Part shown: in pieces, positions 44,752 through 56,257 of the stretch
Position numbering within the stretch: position 1 is the stretch's first letter
Layout of the letters: every line of letters begins with the position of its first letter
DNA from: an uncultured Methanomicrobiaceae archaeon
GTDB taxonomy: Archaea > Halobacteriota > Methanomicrobia > Methanomicrobiales > Methanoculleaceae
NCBI GenBank assembly: GCA_963826525.1
Contig: CAWGXH010000003.1
Coordinates: forward strand, 160,001 to 224,000
Direction of reading: 5' to 3'
DNA: 64,000 nt
Notes under the pieces: model-generated
Database searches by the model: none
The model's input: the letters and a program-made list of their open reading frames with translations, nothing else
Told to the model about the DNA's origin: nothing
Program-made: the position numbers and the translations under genes

Positions 44752-45733
44752 ATGCCACCCGACGCACCTGCCGACACGCTGATCACTGCACTGAACCCGC
44801 GGGCGATTCCTCTCGATCTCGCGATCATCTACCTCTGGATCCTCGCAACCATCCTCGGCATCTACCTCCCCGTCCTCAACACCAGTTTTCTCCGGGTGCT
44901 CTTCGCGCTTCCCTTCATCCTCTTCATCCCCGGATATCTCCTGATCGCCGCGCTCTTCCCGAGGAACGACGATCTCGACGGCATCGAACGCGTCGCCCTC
45001 TCGTTCGGGCTCTCCATCGCGGTCGTCCCGCTGATCGGGCTTGCCCTGAACTACACGCCGTGGGGTATCAGGCTCGATCCGATCGTCGTGTCGCTCCTGA
45101 TCTTCAGTGCCGCAATGGGTCTCATCGCCCAGTACCGGCGCTCCTCCGTCCCTGCCGGCAGAGCGGTTCGTCGTTCCGTTCGGCGAAGCCGCCGCTGCCG
45201 TGCGGGGAGAGTTCTTCAACAAAGATGCCCCCCGTCTTGACCGGGTCTTAAGCATCGTGCTTCTCGCGTCGATCCTGGTCGCCGTCGCGACGACCGTCTA
45301 CGTCATAGCCGTTCCGAAAGAAGGGGAGAAGTTCACCGAGTTCTATATCCTCGGGTCGAAAGGAATGGCTGCGGACTACCCGACCGATTTTGCCGCGGGA
45401 ACAGGGCAGACGGTGATCATCGGGGTAGGGAACCATGAATACCGGAACGTCACGTATACCGTCGAGACCCTCGGGCTTAATCAGGTCTTCAATGAGACGA
45501 CGAACGAATCCGCGATCCTCTCGTCGACGTCGCTCGACCGATTCACCGTGACCGTGCCGCACAACGAGACCGTCGAACAGCCTTATACCTTCACCCTCAC
45601 TGACCCGACGGTGAACCGGGTGGAGTTCCTCCTCTTTGAGAATCCCCCGGCAGACTCGGTGACCGCGGCCGAGCGGATCAACGCAAGTTACCGCGACCTG
45701 CACCTCTGGGTCAGGGTACGACCGACAGGATGA
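44752..45733 (+). CDS. DUF1616-family membrane protein, frameshifted
   Basis: LFIPGYLLIAALFP, IERVALSFGLSIAVVPLIGLALNYTPWGI, EKFTEFYILG..G.AADYP, YRDLHLWV. Confidence 0.88.
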
Positions 45734-46481
45734 GCCGGAGCGTCCGGTTCTTCCGGTCCGCCGTCGCCTGCTCGATGGTGCAGGCTTTTCCGGTTCCTTT
45801 TGCCAGCATGCACGCGATCAGGCTGCAGACCGGGCAGGGGCACATGGTGCATGCCTTCGGGGACTCCTTTCGGATCTCCATGCACCCGTCGATGAGCCGG
45901 TATCCCCGGAGTTCGACGACGATCGAGTCGCCCGCCCGCGATGCCTCGACCGTCTCCGCCACTTCGAGGACTTCTTCGCAGACCTCCCGGATCGCTGCCA
46001 GCACCTCGTCCTCCTCGCCGGGGAGCCGGAGATCCGACGATGTTTCGAGCAGCCTGAGCAGCGGGTAGCCGAGCGGCGGTATGACAACACCGCTGCCGTC
46101 ACTGCCGGTCTGCAGTGAGAACCCGTCGGTCGACTCGATGGGCTGGTACGACGAGGCCGGGATCACCTGCATCACCGACGGGCCTGGTGCATCCTCTGCG
46201 GCGGGGACCATGTATGCATTCCCCTTGATCCCGAGGTCGGCGCAGATCCGGGCGATATCGAGGGTGCCCTGCACCGCAAGGAGGCTTGTAAACCGTGTAT
46301 CGAGCGCCTCCTCTTTCGAGAACGTCAGGACGAAGACGCCTGCGATGAAGCTGCTCACCGCCCCGAGCACCAGGGTGGCGCTCGTCATGTCGCCCCGGTT
46401 CGTCACCGCAACGATTACCATGATGACGGCCGCTGCGGCAAAGAGGGCGACTGCGGCCAGGGTATATTCGCTCTGTTTCAT
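45711..46481 (-). CDS. Hypothetical membrane protein of the MoxR cluster
   Basis: Two N-terminal TMs, PPLG, C-terminal C....C..CPCPVCS..AC. Confidence 0.7.
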   Translation of the reverse strand: MKQSEYTLAAVALFAAAAVIMVIVAVTNRGDMTSATLVLGAVSSFIAGVFVLTFSKEEALDTRFTSLLAVQGTLDIARICADLGIKGNAYMVPAAEDAPGPSVMQVIPASSYQPIESTDGFSLQTGSDGSGVVIPPLGYPLLRLLETSSDLRLPGEEDEVLAAIREVCEEVLEVAETVEASRAGDSIVVELRGYRLIDGCMEIRKESPKACTMCPCPVCSLIACMLAKGTGKACTIEQATADRKNRTLRLILSVVP

Positions 46482-46948
46482 AACTCTTCTTCTCCGAGGC
46501 AGGTCTTCTGCAGCTGGTATCCGGAAAGGGTGATGGCGATCGATGCGATGACGAGTCCTGCCCCGATCGCAAGAACCGGCAGGAGGGTGTGGCGCGACGC
46601 CGTCATACCTGGGTAGAGGAGCAGGACCCCCGCCGCGAGAACGGCAAAGGGAACGAGCTCGCGTCGGAACCGAAGGAGGCCTTGCGCCCGGAGAAAGACG
46701 GCGAGGAGCAGGACCTGCAAGGAAAGAGCAGGGAGCACCGCTCCCGTTCCGACGGCGACGACGAGCGTCTCACCGGCGCAGAGGAGGTAAAAGCCCCGCT
46801 CGGGGAGGTTCCCGGTTCCCCGCTCTGTAATGACAAATATGCAGAGAAGGACGACGATCAGGTACCATATCTCCGATAGGGCGGCGGCTGCCAGCGTAGC
46901 GATACAGAACACGGCGGTAAGGATGCCGGTTACGCTCTCCTCCCTCAT
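46478..46948 (-). CDS. Hypothetical membrane protein
   Basis: Hydrophobic ORF translationally coupled to both neighbours. Confidence 0.65.
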   Translation of the reverse strand: MREESVTGILTAVFCIATLAAAALSEIWYLIVVLLCIFVITERGTGNLPERGFYLLCAGETLVVAVGTGAVLPALSLQVLLLAVFLRAQGLLRFRRELVPFAVLAAGVLLLYPGMTASRHTLLPVLAIGAGLVIASIAITLSGYQLQKTCLGEEEL

Positions 46949-48258
46949 CCGATCACCTCGACGCTCTCGACGTCGGCGGCGAAGAGCGCCTTGAGCATGC
47001 CCGGCGACGCGGTGCTCTCCGGAATCCGGAGGTGGACATCCTTCCGCATCCTTTTTGCCTGGGTGATGGTCTGCCATATGTGGCTCTGATCCCCCTCGAA
47101 CGTACTGAATATGTATACCGCTCCGGCACTGATCGATGCCATGACCCTGCCCATCTGCATCTCAAAAGCCGTCTTCTGATCCCGGTGCATATCCCGGTAC
47201 ACCGAAGCGAGGGTGGTGGTGAAGTGGTAATCCGGGGAATCTTTCGGCATGCGGGCAAGGTCACGCTCGGTTCTGCTCAGTTTCGATCGGACGGCGACCT
47301 CGTCCCGGGCATAGTACTGGTGGACGAGCCGCTCGGCAGGCTGCAGCTCTCCGACGGCAGACATGACCCGGTGGATGTCGCGTTCGCTCGGGAGGTAGCG
47401 AACGACGTTTCCGCCCGAGATGATGAGGAGCGAGACGAACCGGTACTCCTTGATCGCCTCCTCGAGCGCTCCGGTCACCGCGGATACGAGCGGGTCGCTA
47501 TTCGGCATCTCCGGGCGGAGGGTGGCGTCGGGGAGGTCGACGAGGATCAGGGGGAGGTTGCCCTGCTGACTTGCATACTCTTTGACGAAGAGCTTCTGGT
47601 GCTTCGCGGAGAGCTTCCAGTCTATCCGGCGGGGGTCGTCGCCCCTGACATACTCCCGGAACGAGTGGATGCTGTACCCGGCGAACGACGATCGTTCCCG
47701 TCGCTCCGTATCTCCGTAATCGCTGCCCCCGCTCTCGCCCTCGAACGCGCCCGACGGGTGAACGAGGAGCGTCGGCAGCGTCTGCTCTCTCCTCCCGAAA
47801 GTGAGTTCCCCGGTGAAGAACGGATCGGCGATTGTTACGGCGAGACCCGCAAACGATACCTCTCCCCGCGCCATGATCCGCGTCCGGTAGGCGATAGTCG
47901 TGCTCCCCTCGCCGGGCGCTGCGGTGGAGCGCATAACCTCTCCTCCCACCAGGTCGGAGCCGGCCGGCGGGAGATCGCGGATAGTCAGGTTCGTCTCTCC
48001 GGGCAGGGTGTATCCGACGGTGGCCGTCACGTCGACGACGCCTCCCTGCCTGATGATCGTCCGGTTCGTCGTGCGGTCGACCGTGATCGAGCGGGCGACT
48101 GCCCGCATCTTCCGATCGAAGATGACCGCCCGGGACACGAGGAGCAGGGCAAGTGCCGCTCCCGGGATGAAGGCTGCCGGTTCGTCGAGCACCAGGGAGC
48201 ATACAAGGAGCACCAGGATGAGTGCGGCGACGCCTCGCGTACACCGTGTCGTCTGCAC
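46945..48258 (-). CDS. DUF58 (vWA-like) protein
   Basis: HSFREYVRGDDPRRIDWKLSAK..KLFVKEY; ILVD. Confidence 0.9.
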   Translation of the reverse strand: MQTTRCTRGVAALILVLLVCSLVLDEPAAFIPGAALALLLVSRAVIFDRKMRAVARSITVDRTTNRTIIRQGGVVDVTATVGYTLPGETNLTIRDLPPAGSDLVGGEVMRSTAAPGEGSTTIAYRTRIMARGEVSFAGLAVTIADPFFTGELTFGRREQTLPTLLVHPSGAFEGESGGSDYGDTERRERSSFAGYSIHSFREYVRGDDPRRIDWKLSAKHQKLFVKEYASQQGNLPLILVDLPDATLRPEMPNSDPLVSAVTGALEEAIKEYRFVSLLIISGGNVVRYLPSERDIHRVMSAVGELQPAERLVHQYYARDEVAVRSKLSRTERDLARMPKDSPDYHFTTTLASVYRDMHRDQKTAFEMQMGRVMASISAGAVYIFSTFEGDQSHIWQTITQAKRMRKDVHLRIPESTASPGMLKALFAADVESVEVIG

Positions 48259-48261
48259 GGC

Positions 48262-49235
48262 CTATGGCACCTCTACCGCATCGAGGATCTCCCTGATAAT
48301 CTGTTTGGTGGTGATTCCCCCGATCTCCGCCTCGCGCTCGAGCATGAGCCGGTGCTGGAAGACCGCGGGCGCCATCCTCTTGATGTCGTCAGGAATGACA
48401 TACGCCCGGTTCTGCAGTGCGGCAACCGCTTTCCCTCCCCTGACGAGTGCGATCGATGCACGGGAACTCGCCCCGAGGCGCACATCGCCGTGCATCCGCG
48501 TGGCGACGACGAGGTCGCGGATATACTGCAGAACGGGCTCCTCGATATGGACCCGATTCGTGACGTCGACGAGATGTTCGATGGTGTTTCTGTTCATCAC
48601 CGGGGTCAGCCGCTCAAAGAAGGGCTGCCACTTCAGCGCCCCGGTATGTTCCCGCCTGACCACCTCGAGTTCGTCGTCCCCCGAGAGGTGGTGCGAGTTG
48701 TAGCTGAACATAAACCGGTCTTTCTGCGCCTCAATGAGCGGAAACGTCCCTTCGAACTCGAAGGGGTTCTGGGTGGCGATGACGAAGAACGGCGAGTAGA
48801 GATCGAGCGTGATGCCGTCGATCGTCGCCTGGCGCTCGCTCATCACCTCGATGAAGGCGCTCTGGGTCTTTGGGTTGAGACGGTTAATCTCGTCGATGAG
48901 GAGGATGTTTGCAAAGACCGGGCCTTTTCGAGCTGGAACTCCTTCGAGTCCTGGTCGTAGACCCGCACCCCGATGATATCCGCGGGCTGGGTATCGACCG
49001 CGCACTGCACCCGGCGGAACTCGCACCCGGTGATCCGGGCCATCGCTTTTGCGATCGTCGTCTTTGCGGTTCCCGGGATGCCCTCGATAAGGACGTGGCC
49101 GCCGGAGAAGATTCCGATCACCAGCAGTTCTATGAGATCGTCGTTGCCGACGATATACTGGCTCAGCATACCCTGGGTGGCGTTGTAGATATTTGTCAGC
49201 AGTGAGAGTTCCTTTTTGATGTTCGCGTCGGTCAT
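48262..49235 (-). CDS. moxR: MoxR-family AAA+ ATPase, frameshifted
   Basis: GHVLIEGIPGTAKT, RVQC..D..PADI.G, GPVFANILLIDEINR..PKTQSA, ATQNP.E.EGTFPL.EAQKDRF, GASSR. Confidence 0.92.
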
Positions 49236-50129
49236 GGTGATCGCCTAGAGTATGTTCCTTCGAAATGCGTACGCAACCAGCAGAAGTACCGGTACATATG
49301 AGAATTATTTTTATTATGCTTGTGCTTTTTCACGGTTGCAAGCAGGGCCGTGACGGCGCTCCCGGCCGTCGTCTCCGAGCTCATCTGGTCGATGAGGAGG
49401 GTTTCGTTGCCTTCGAGGACGTTTCGGACGAACCGCTGATTGTCGCGGACGCTTCCGAGCGTGAGCATGCCGTTGATGAAGAGGCTCGGGTCGGCGACGA
49501 CGAAGAGGTCTCCGTCGCCGATCCGCTCGTATGCCATGACCCCGTGCCTCCCGAGCGCCTCGTCGGCGTCGATGTGCAGATCCCCGTTCGCGTCGACGAA
49601 GCTTAAGATCGAGGTCTGCATGAGTGTCTCGCCGCCGGCGAGCGACGCCGGCCGGTTCATCACGATGACCTCCACCCCTTCGGTGATGGTGCTGTTCGCA
49701 CTCCGGTATGCGAGGACGGTATGAGGGTTGCTGTACTCGACGTCCATGCTCGAGAGGTTCCCGCCCGAGATCCGGATTGTGCTGCCGATGCCCGCGAGCA
49801 GCTGGTTGCCGGTGCCGAAATCGTCCGCGAGAATGAGGGTGTTTCCCGCCTCGACGTAGGCCCGGTAGCGTGCGATCGCGTCGTCGTCGAAGGCGGTGCC
49901 GGGTGCGATGAGGAGAAGGCGGGAGTCCGGATAGGCGTCGAGTTCGTCGAGGTCCAGTGATCGTCACGGCACCGAGATCCCCCGCCCGCTCGAAGAGCAT
50001 GGAGGTGCCGTTCCACTGGATGTTGTATCTGCTGTAGTCATCCGTGGTCGTGGCGAGATGGACGAAGAGGATCGAGACCAGCACGAGGAGAATACACCCG
50101 ACAAGGGCGAATATCTTCTTAATCTGCAT
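49232..50129 (-). CDS. DUF4350-family protein, frameshifted
   Basis: YSRYNIQWNGTS, GNTLILADDFGTGN.LL (alternate frame), G.GDLFVVADPSLFINGM, DN..F. Confidence 0.8.
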
Positions 50130-51860
50130 CACGCTCCGTATCTTCGGAGAGCTCTTCGAAGAGGGCTGTAAGCTCCCGGCGCTCCTCGTCCGTCGGTCTC
50201 TCTCCTCCGTAACGGACGGCCTCGTAGCCCCGGACAAACTCCGCAAGCCGTGCACCGAGCGGGAGTCTTCTGCAGGCGGCGAGCGAGCTCCCTCGGTGTC
50301 ATCGCCAGGTAGCCGTCGATGCGGTGTGTTGTTGCGATCCTGCCTGCCAGGTGTGCGTAGAGCGCGTGAACCGCATCGCTGATCTGGCCTGCAGCGATCA
50401 ACCGTGCGAACCTCTCGGAGACGCTCTCGTCCTCTTCGGGGAGGGGTTCGCCGGCTCCCTGTTCGTCCGCCGTCGGTGCACCGGCACGCTCCTCCGGGAG
50501 AGCTTCTGCCGCCGCCGGTTCGGCCTCCGCCCCTCTCCGCCGGCCGCGGATGTACCAGGCGCTGCCTGCGGCGCCGAGGAGGAGGAACCCTGCGTAGATG
50601 AGGATCGGGGATCCGAAGAGCGAGGGTGCGATCTCCACGAGCACCGGTTCGCTCTCCGATCCGTTGAGGGGGAGGGACGAACTCTCGAAGATCGCCACGA
50701 TCTCGTAGGTGCCCGCCTCGAACTGCCGCTCGAGCGTGTAGTTCCCATTATCGTCCGTCGTTGCCGTTCCGAATCGTCCTGCCGTCCGCCGTTATCCGGA
50801 CGGGGGCATCGGCAACCGGGATCTCCCCTGCCCGGAGGCTGCCGATGAACGTCCGGTTCTCTGCCTCTGCCCCCTCTGCCGCCTCGAGGGTGAGGGCGGT
50901 ATCGAGCGGGAGGACGGTGAAAGTGACGACCTCCGAGTAGGTGGAACCGTGGACGGCGTAGGCGAGGTGCTTCCCTGCCCTGATCCGGTCGACGGTGAAG
51001 GTGGCTCCATACCGCCCGTCGTCACCGGTGGCGACCGTCGTCCAGTACTTACTGTCTATGTAGAGAGTGACGTTCTCCCCGCCGACGACCCTGCCGGTCA
51101 GTTCTCCTGCCACCGAGAGCCGATCGCGGTACACGCCGGTCTCCGGGGTGATCGCGATCGAGAGCCGCTGCGGGGTGGTTGGGGGAGCGGGGGTTTCCGT
51201 CCTCCTCGTCTCCTGCTTTGCCTCGATCTCCTCGACGATATCCTCGAAGTCGTCGACGCTCTGTTCGTAGGCCCGCGTATCGAGCTCGAAACGGGAGCTT
51301 GTGTTTGTCAGGGCGCTCTCGCGGGACTGGTAGCCTTTAAAGTTCTCGGCGATCTGCGTTCGCAGCGCTTCACCCTCGTAACTGACCGAATAGAGGAGGT
51401 CGGGACGATTCTCGTCGCGGTAACGGATCTCGAGGCTCTGCAGCTCCTGGAACCGCCGGGTGTCGTTCAGGAGCGACTGCATGCTTTCCACGTTCTTTTT
51501 GTTGTTCTTCCGGAACTCCTCAAGTTCCGTCTCGGACATATCGAGGTTAATGACCATGCCGTCGAGGCGCCGGGACTGTTCCATATACTGCTGCAGATCG
51601 CGCTCGGCAGATTCAAAGTCCTTGAGCTTGATATTCAGCACCAGGGTGCCGGTATTGTCGAGCACTTCGGACATCAGCGGGAGCATGACTTCGGACTGTT
51701 CCCGGGAGATCTGCTTCAGTGCCTCGGGATTCTGGTGGAACGGGGTGTCGGAGTCGCTCGTGAAGGTGTAGAGGACGGGAGACGCCGCATATCGGGCGAT
51801 AAGGGCAAAGAAAAGGATTGCCAGGATCACGAGCAGGAGCTCTGTGTATCGCCGCCTCAT
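50129..51860 (-). CDS. Membrane-anchored coiled-coil/Ig-like protein with DUF4129-like C-terminus, frameshifted
   Basis: N-terminal TM, coiled coil, beta domains, second TM, MTPRE motif. Confidence 0.7.
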
Positions 51861-52123
51861 GAATTCAGGATCTCCAGGACTTTATGGGCGACGATGGCGC
51901 CGAAGAGAATGACGCCCGTCGCGATCGCATACCGAAGATAGTGCAGGTAGGACGGCCGTGAGAACGCCGGGTCGATCAGCTCCACGACGATGAGGATGCC
52001 GATGAGCCAGAGGACGAAGAAGATCTCGAGATCGAGGTTTCCTGCGAGGATCATGAAAAACGTGACGATGAGCAGCCAGACGATAAGCCCCCCCGCGGCC
52101 AGCTGTTTCTTTTTGATCGTCAT
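51857..52123 (-). CDS. Small membrane protein of the MoxR cluster
   Basis: LDLEIFFVLWLIGIL..VEL..P; three TMs. Confidence 0.75.
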   Translation of the reverse strand: MTIKKKQLAAGGLIVWLLIVTFFMILAGNLDLEIFFVLWLIGILIVVELIDPAFSRPSYLHYLRYAIATGVILFGAIVAHKVLEILNS

Positions 52124-52246
52124 GGCATCTTCCCCTCATCTCCCGGTCAATTGCATTGTTTTTGGAGATATCCTGTCAGGTAGAGATCTATTAGTTACAA
52201 ATATTTATAATACCAAATGGCATTACTGCCTGAGGAGGTATTCGAA

Positions 52247-52744
52247 ATGAGACGCTATGGTTTAGTACTTCTGTCTCTCCTGGTTGTGGCGCTCCTGACT
52301 GTTCCTGCCAGTGCGTTCACGGCCAATTCGCTCGACATTGTCGTCAATGAGAGCGGGGATGCAGAGGTAAGGTTTGATTATTCGTTCTCGTGGATCGAGC
52401 AGATCGCGGTCTTCTTCAAGATCACGGCGCCCGAACAGGAACTGAAGAGCGCACTTGAGAGTTACTCCGGTAAGCCGGCCGATATCATTGCCGTCGAGAG
52501 CGGATACTCCGTCTTCGACGTCCGGGACTTCGCCCAGATCAAGGAGAACGGGACGAGCAGAGTCTACACCCTCCCGGCGCTTGACTTCACCGCAGCCGAG
52601 AAGAAGCTCAAGGAGTACCGGTTTGCCCCGCTCATCGAGGCCGACTTCTCCCCGGCAGTGACCACCGTCCGCTTCCCCGACGGCTATGAGGAGAAGGTCT
52701 ATGACAAGAGTGCGATCCCGTCAATCTCCCACGAGATTAACTAA
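52247..52744 (+). CDS. Secreted hypothetical protein
   Basis: GAGGAGGT RBS; signal peptide ..PASAFTA; DFSPAVTTVRFPDG. Confidence 0.75.
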   Translation: MRRYGLVLLSLLVVALLTVPASAFTANSLDIVVNESGDAEVRFDYSFSWIEQIAVFFKITAPEQELKSALESYSGKPADIIAVESGYSVFDVRDFAQIKENGTSRVYTLPALDFTAAEKKLKEYRFAPLIEADFSPAVTTVRFPDGYEEKVYDKSAIPSISHEIN

Positions 52745-52762
52745 TACTCTTTTTTGAGCCTC

Positions 52763-54010
52763 TTATCCAAAGGCCGTTTCGACGAGGAGAGCGGCCGCCA
52801 GCGTCACGATCCCCGCAATCGATAACGGGAGGGTATACCGGCACACGACGGCTCCGAACCCTTCGCCGGTCGTCCGCTTGAGCAGCCAGAAGAAGGGGTC
52901 GCTGACGTAACTGAACATGAACGCTCCTGCGGCGATCATCAGAACGAGCGCAGCGGGATGGATCTCCGGGACCAGCGTCGTCGTGGAGAGAACGGTCGCG
53001 GTGACGGCAGCGGTGACGACCCGGGAGCCCTGCGCCGCCTGAATGAGTGCGGCGATGACGAACGGAAGCAGGAGCGCCGGGAGGTAGCCGGCGACAAGCC
53101 CTGCAACGTCCGACGGAAACGTGCTCGCGGCGATGACCCCGCCGAAAGCGCCGGCGCCGGCAAGATCGAAGATGATGATCCCAGCAGTCTTCGTTCCCCG
53201 CGCAAGCGCCCGCTCCCGAACCTCGGCAGGGACGTCGAGGAGCGCCACGAGGAGCGCCGCAAGAAGCGCGATGTAGATGTTCGAAAACCCCTTGAGCGGC
53301 GGCACCGCAAACCCGATCCCGAGCATCAGGAAGAGAACGATGAGGGGCAGCCACGCCCGGACGGCAACGGCGCTGCCGGACTCGCCCTCCGGCTGCTGCA
53401 CCTCCCCCGCCGGGATGCGCCTTCTCCAGAAGAGGAGAAGGCCTCCGAGCAGCAGGAGCGAGAGCGGGAGGGTGATGAGGTCGACCCGCCAGGGTTCGCC
53501 GGGGTACAGGGTGAGCGTGGTGACGACGGTCTGGATAACCGGCGAGGGATAGAGGAGCACGTAGGAGATGATCCCCCCGACACCGGTTGCAAAGAGGAGG
53601 GCGGTTGCTGCCGCCCGCTCGCTTCGGAGGGCGGAGACGATCGGCGAGAGGATCACGAAAGAGGTGATCCCGCACATCAGGGGTACGGAGAGGAGGTAGC
53701 CGGCAACCCCTGCGGTGTAGAGCGGCCGGTGTACGACCTTTTTGATATCGGTGACGATATCCTCTATCCTGCCGCTCTCCCGGAGCACCTGCGCGATAAC
53801 GACGCCCGCGAAGATGACGATGCCGAGGATGGCAAAGATCCGGCCCGCTCCGGCGGTGATGGCCGGCATGAACGTATCCACCGGCATCCCGGAGAGAGCG
53901 CCGAAGAGCACCGCCGCACTGATGAGGGTGAGAAACGGCGGCAGGTGGTATCTGACCGATGAGAGCGTGATCAGGACGAGGCAGACGGCGAACGGGAGGA
54001 GGGTATCCAT
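52763..54010 (-). CDS. GntP-family permease
   Basis: LPPFL.LI, AGAGAFG.V, AALIQAAQGS.V.AA, FSYVSDPFFW. Confidence 0.85.
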   Translation of the reverse strand: MDTLLPFAVCLVLITLSSVRYHLPPFLTLISAAVLFGALSGMPVDTFMPAITAGAGRIFAILGIVIFAGVVIAQVLRESGRIEDIVTDIKKVVHRPLYTAGVAGYLLSVPLMCGITSFVILSPIVSALRSERAAATALLFATGVGGIISYVLLYPSPVIQTVVTTLTLYPGEPWRVDLITLPLSLLLLGGLLLFWRRRIPAGEVQQPEGESGSAVAVRAWLPLIVLFLMLGIGFAVPPLKGFSNIYIALLAALLVALLDVPAEVRERALARGTKTAGIIIFDLAGAGAFGGVIAASTFPSDVAGLVAGYLPALLLPFVIAALIQAAQGSRVVTAAVTATVLSTTTLVPEIHPAALVLMIAAGAFMFSYVSDPFFWLLKRTTGEGFGAVVCRYTLPLSIAGIVTLAAALLVETAFG

Positions 54011-54066
54011 TGTTATAGGTGTATGCAACGCGGCGCCTCAAAATATCGCCGCTTCGCCTCCGCGTT

Positions 54067-54912
54067 CTATTGGGTCTCTGCCACTCGCGCTCTCGCGATC
54101 GCAGCGTAATCGGGGTCTATCTCGAACCCGATGTACTGCGCCCCGAGCGTGGTGCAGGCAAGAGCCGTGCTGCCGATTCCCATGAAGGGGTCGAGGACGA
54201 GCGTTGCAGCGGAGTAGCCGTGGAGCCGGATGCACATCTCCGGGAGCTTTTCAGGAAAACTCGTGGGGTGCGGTCGTGACGACCGTATCGTCCGGTAGGG
54301 GATGAACCAGGTGTTCCCCCGGTCGCGGAGATCCTGCTGCGCGGCTTTCCACCGGCCGATATTTGATTTGTCCTGGTAGGACACGCCGACGTCGAGTTTC
54401 TTCAGGGAGACGCCGCCTTCTTTCGTGAAGTGGAAGATATGCTCGTGGCACTGGCTCAGGTACCGCGGGCTGTTCACCGGCTGGTAGTGGCCGACCGCGA
54501 TGTCGCCGGTGATGCGCTTGTAGTTCCCGACGTCCGCCTTCTCGATCGCGATGGATTTGACCCAGTGTATCACGTTCTGGAGCGCGTAATACGGCCGAAA
54601 GCGCTGGACCGCATCGAAGGGTATCCAGGGGTCGCTCGGTTTTCCGCCGACGTTCAGGAAGAACGAGCCGTCAACTTTGAGCACCCGCTTTGCCGCAACG
54701 GCCACCTCCTCGATCCAGTCGAGATACTCTTCGCGGGGCTTTTTGTCGTCGTAGCGGTTGTAGTCCTTACCGATATTGTAGGGTGGCGAGGTGACGATGA
54801 TATCGACCGATCCTGCCGGCATCTGCCGCATGCCGGTGAGGCAGTCCATAGCGTGAATCGTGTTCGCCGCAAGGTCGGATGGAGCGTCTCTTCTATCTTC
54901 CACTGCTATCAT
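54067..54912 (-). CDS. Orphan beta-class amino-DNA methyltransferase (SPPY, probably m4C)
   Basis: Motif [10 protein letters not shown] precedes HPTSFP and motif [19 protein letters not shown]. Confidence 0.9.
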   Translation of the reverse strand: MIAVEDRRDAPSDLAANTIHAMDCLTGMRQMPAGSVDIIVTSPPYNIGKDYNRYDDKKPREEYLDWIEEVAVAAKRVLKVDGSFFLNVGGKPSDPWIPFDAVQRFRPYYALQNVIHWVKSIAIEKADVGNYKRITGDIAVGHYQPVNSPRYLSQCHEHIFHFTKEGGVSLKKLDVGVSYQDKSNIGRWKAAQQDLRDRGNTWFIPYRTIRSSRPHPTSFPEKLPEMCIRLHGYSAATLVLDPFMGIGSTALACTTLGAQYIGFEIDPDYAAIARARVAETQ

Positions 54913-55162
54913 AGTGAGATTGGCGCTCCTTATCCAAAAGGTGAACGGGATCTGCCGTGATCGGTCGGCTACGATTTGAGGAACCCATCCGCGATCAGCC
55001 TGCAGGGGGTTTGCTCTCCCGATGGCATCACGATACATTTCCCGGAAGGGCGAGAGAGCCCGTGCAGGCTCCCTTATATCCCGAGACCCGCACGCTTCTC
55101 CTCGATGTGCTTCAGGATACCACCTGCCGCCTCGACCGCCACCGGGAGATCCCGGCTGGCCG

Positions 55163-56257
55163 TTACTCCCCTCTTATCTTCCGGAGATCCCTTGCAGATT
55201 TTGCGATTCCTTTCCAGCGCTTCTTCTCAAGCCGGGCAAGCCCTATCTCCGCTTTATCCTGTTCGAATGCGAGCTCCCGCATGAGCCGGTGGAAGCTATC
55301 CAGCCGCGATGCCGGGAGGGTTCCGTCCCTCACGGCCGCCTGCACCGCACAGCCCGGCTCCTGTTCGTGCCGGCAGTCCGAGAACCTGCAGCCCTCTGCG
55401 AGTTCAAGGATGTCGGGGAATGTATCGGCAACGCCGGCAGATGCCGTACCAATGCCGACCTCCCGCAGACCGGGGTTGTCTATCATGAGTGCCCCGCCTT
55501 TCAGGACGAAGAGCTGGCGGACGGTCGTGGTGTGCCGCCCTTTGCCGTCGTAGTCCCGGATATCCGAGGTGTCCTGCACCGGACGGCCCATGAGCCGGTT
55601 GATCAGGGTAGATTTGCCGACACCCGACGAGCCGATGAGGGCGATCGTTGTTCCCGGCGACAGGTACGGATCGAGCCGGTCGACTCCCTCTCCGCTCACG
55701 GCACTGATCGGAATAACCGGTATGCCGGGAGAGACCGAAACGATCTCGTCAGCGAGCGTTGCGGGGTCGTCTGCCAGATCGGATTTATTGATGACGACAA
55801 CGGGGCGGGCACCGGATGCGTGGGCGATTGCCAGGTAACGCTCGATCCGGCGGGCGTTGAGGTCGTGGCCGGCGGCCGTGACGATAAAAACGGTATCGAT
55901 ATTCGCCGCGATGACCTGGTCGGCGCTATCACGTCCCGGTGTTCCCCGCACAAAGCGGGTCTTCTGCGGGAGGATATCAACGATCGTCGAGGTGCCTGCC
56001 TCCGGCTGATTGAGTAGTACGACAAAATCCCCCACCGCGGGAAAGCGGCCGAGTTTTCGCAGGGCTCCGGAGATCCCGGCCATGACGGACCCGCCATCGA
56101 TGAACACGTCCCATACGGTTTTCTGCCGGCAGGCCACGCGGCCCGGCACGTACGACCCGGTATACTTTGAGAATGCCGCACCGTGTTCTTCCGTCCAGCC
56201 GATCTCTTCAAGCGTATAGGGATGCTGTTTTCCGCATCGGGAAGTGGATTGGTTCAT
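55163..56257 (-). CDS. rsgA: Ribosome small subunit-dependent GTPase A
   Basis: Circularly permuted GTPase: [23 protein letters not shown], Zn finger [14 protein letters not shown]; PAVGD and AANID. Confidence 0.93.
   Translation of the reverse strand: MNQSTSRCGKQHPYTLEEIGWTEEHGAAFSKYTGSYVPGRVACRQKTVWDVFIDGGSVMAGISGALRKLGRFPAVGDFVVLLNQPEAGTSTIVDILPQKTRFVRGTPGRDSADQVIAANIDTVFIVTAAGHDLNARRIERYLAIAHASGARPVVVINKSDLADDPATLADEIVSVSPGIPVIPISAVSGEGVDRLDPYLSPGTTIALIGSSGVGKSTLINRLMGRPVQDTSDIRDYDGKGRHTTTVRQLFVLKGGALMIDNPGLREVGIGTASAGVADTFPDILELAEGCRFSDCRHEQEPGCAVQAAVRDGTLPASRLDSFHRLMRELAFEQDKAEIGLARLEKKRWKGIAKSARDLRKIRGE

Noticed and set aside
47032-48960. 642-aa plus-strand ORF and many similar long antisense ORFs (e.g. 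34324-35847, 6974-8128)
   Set aside because: Shadow ORFs opposite well-supported genes in GC-rich DNA, with no motifs of their own.
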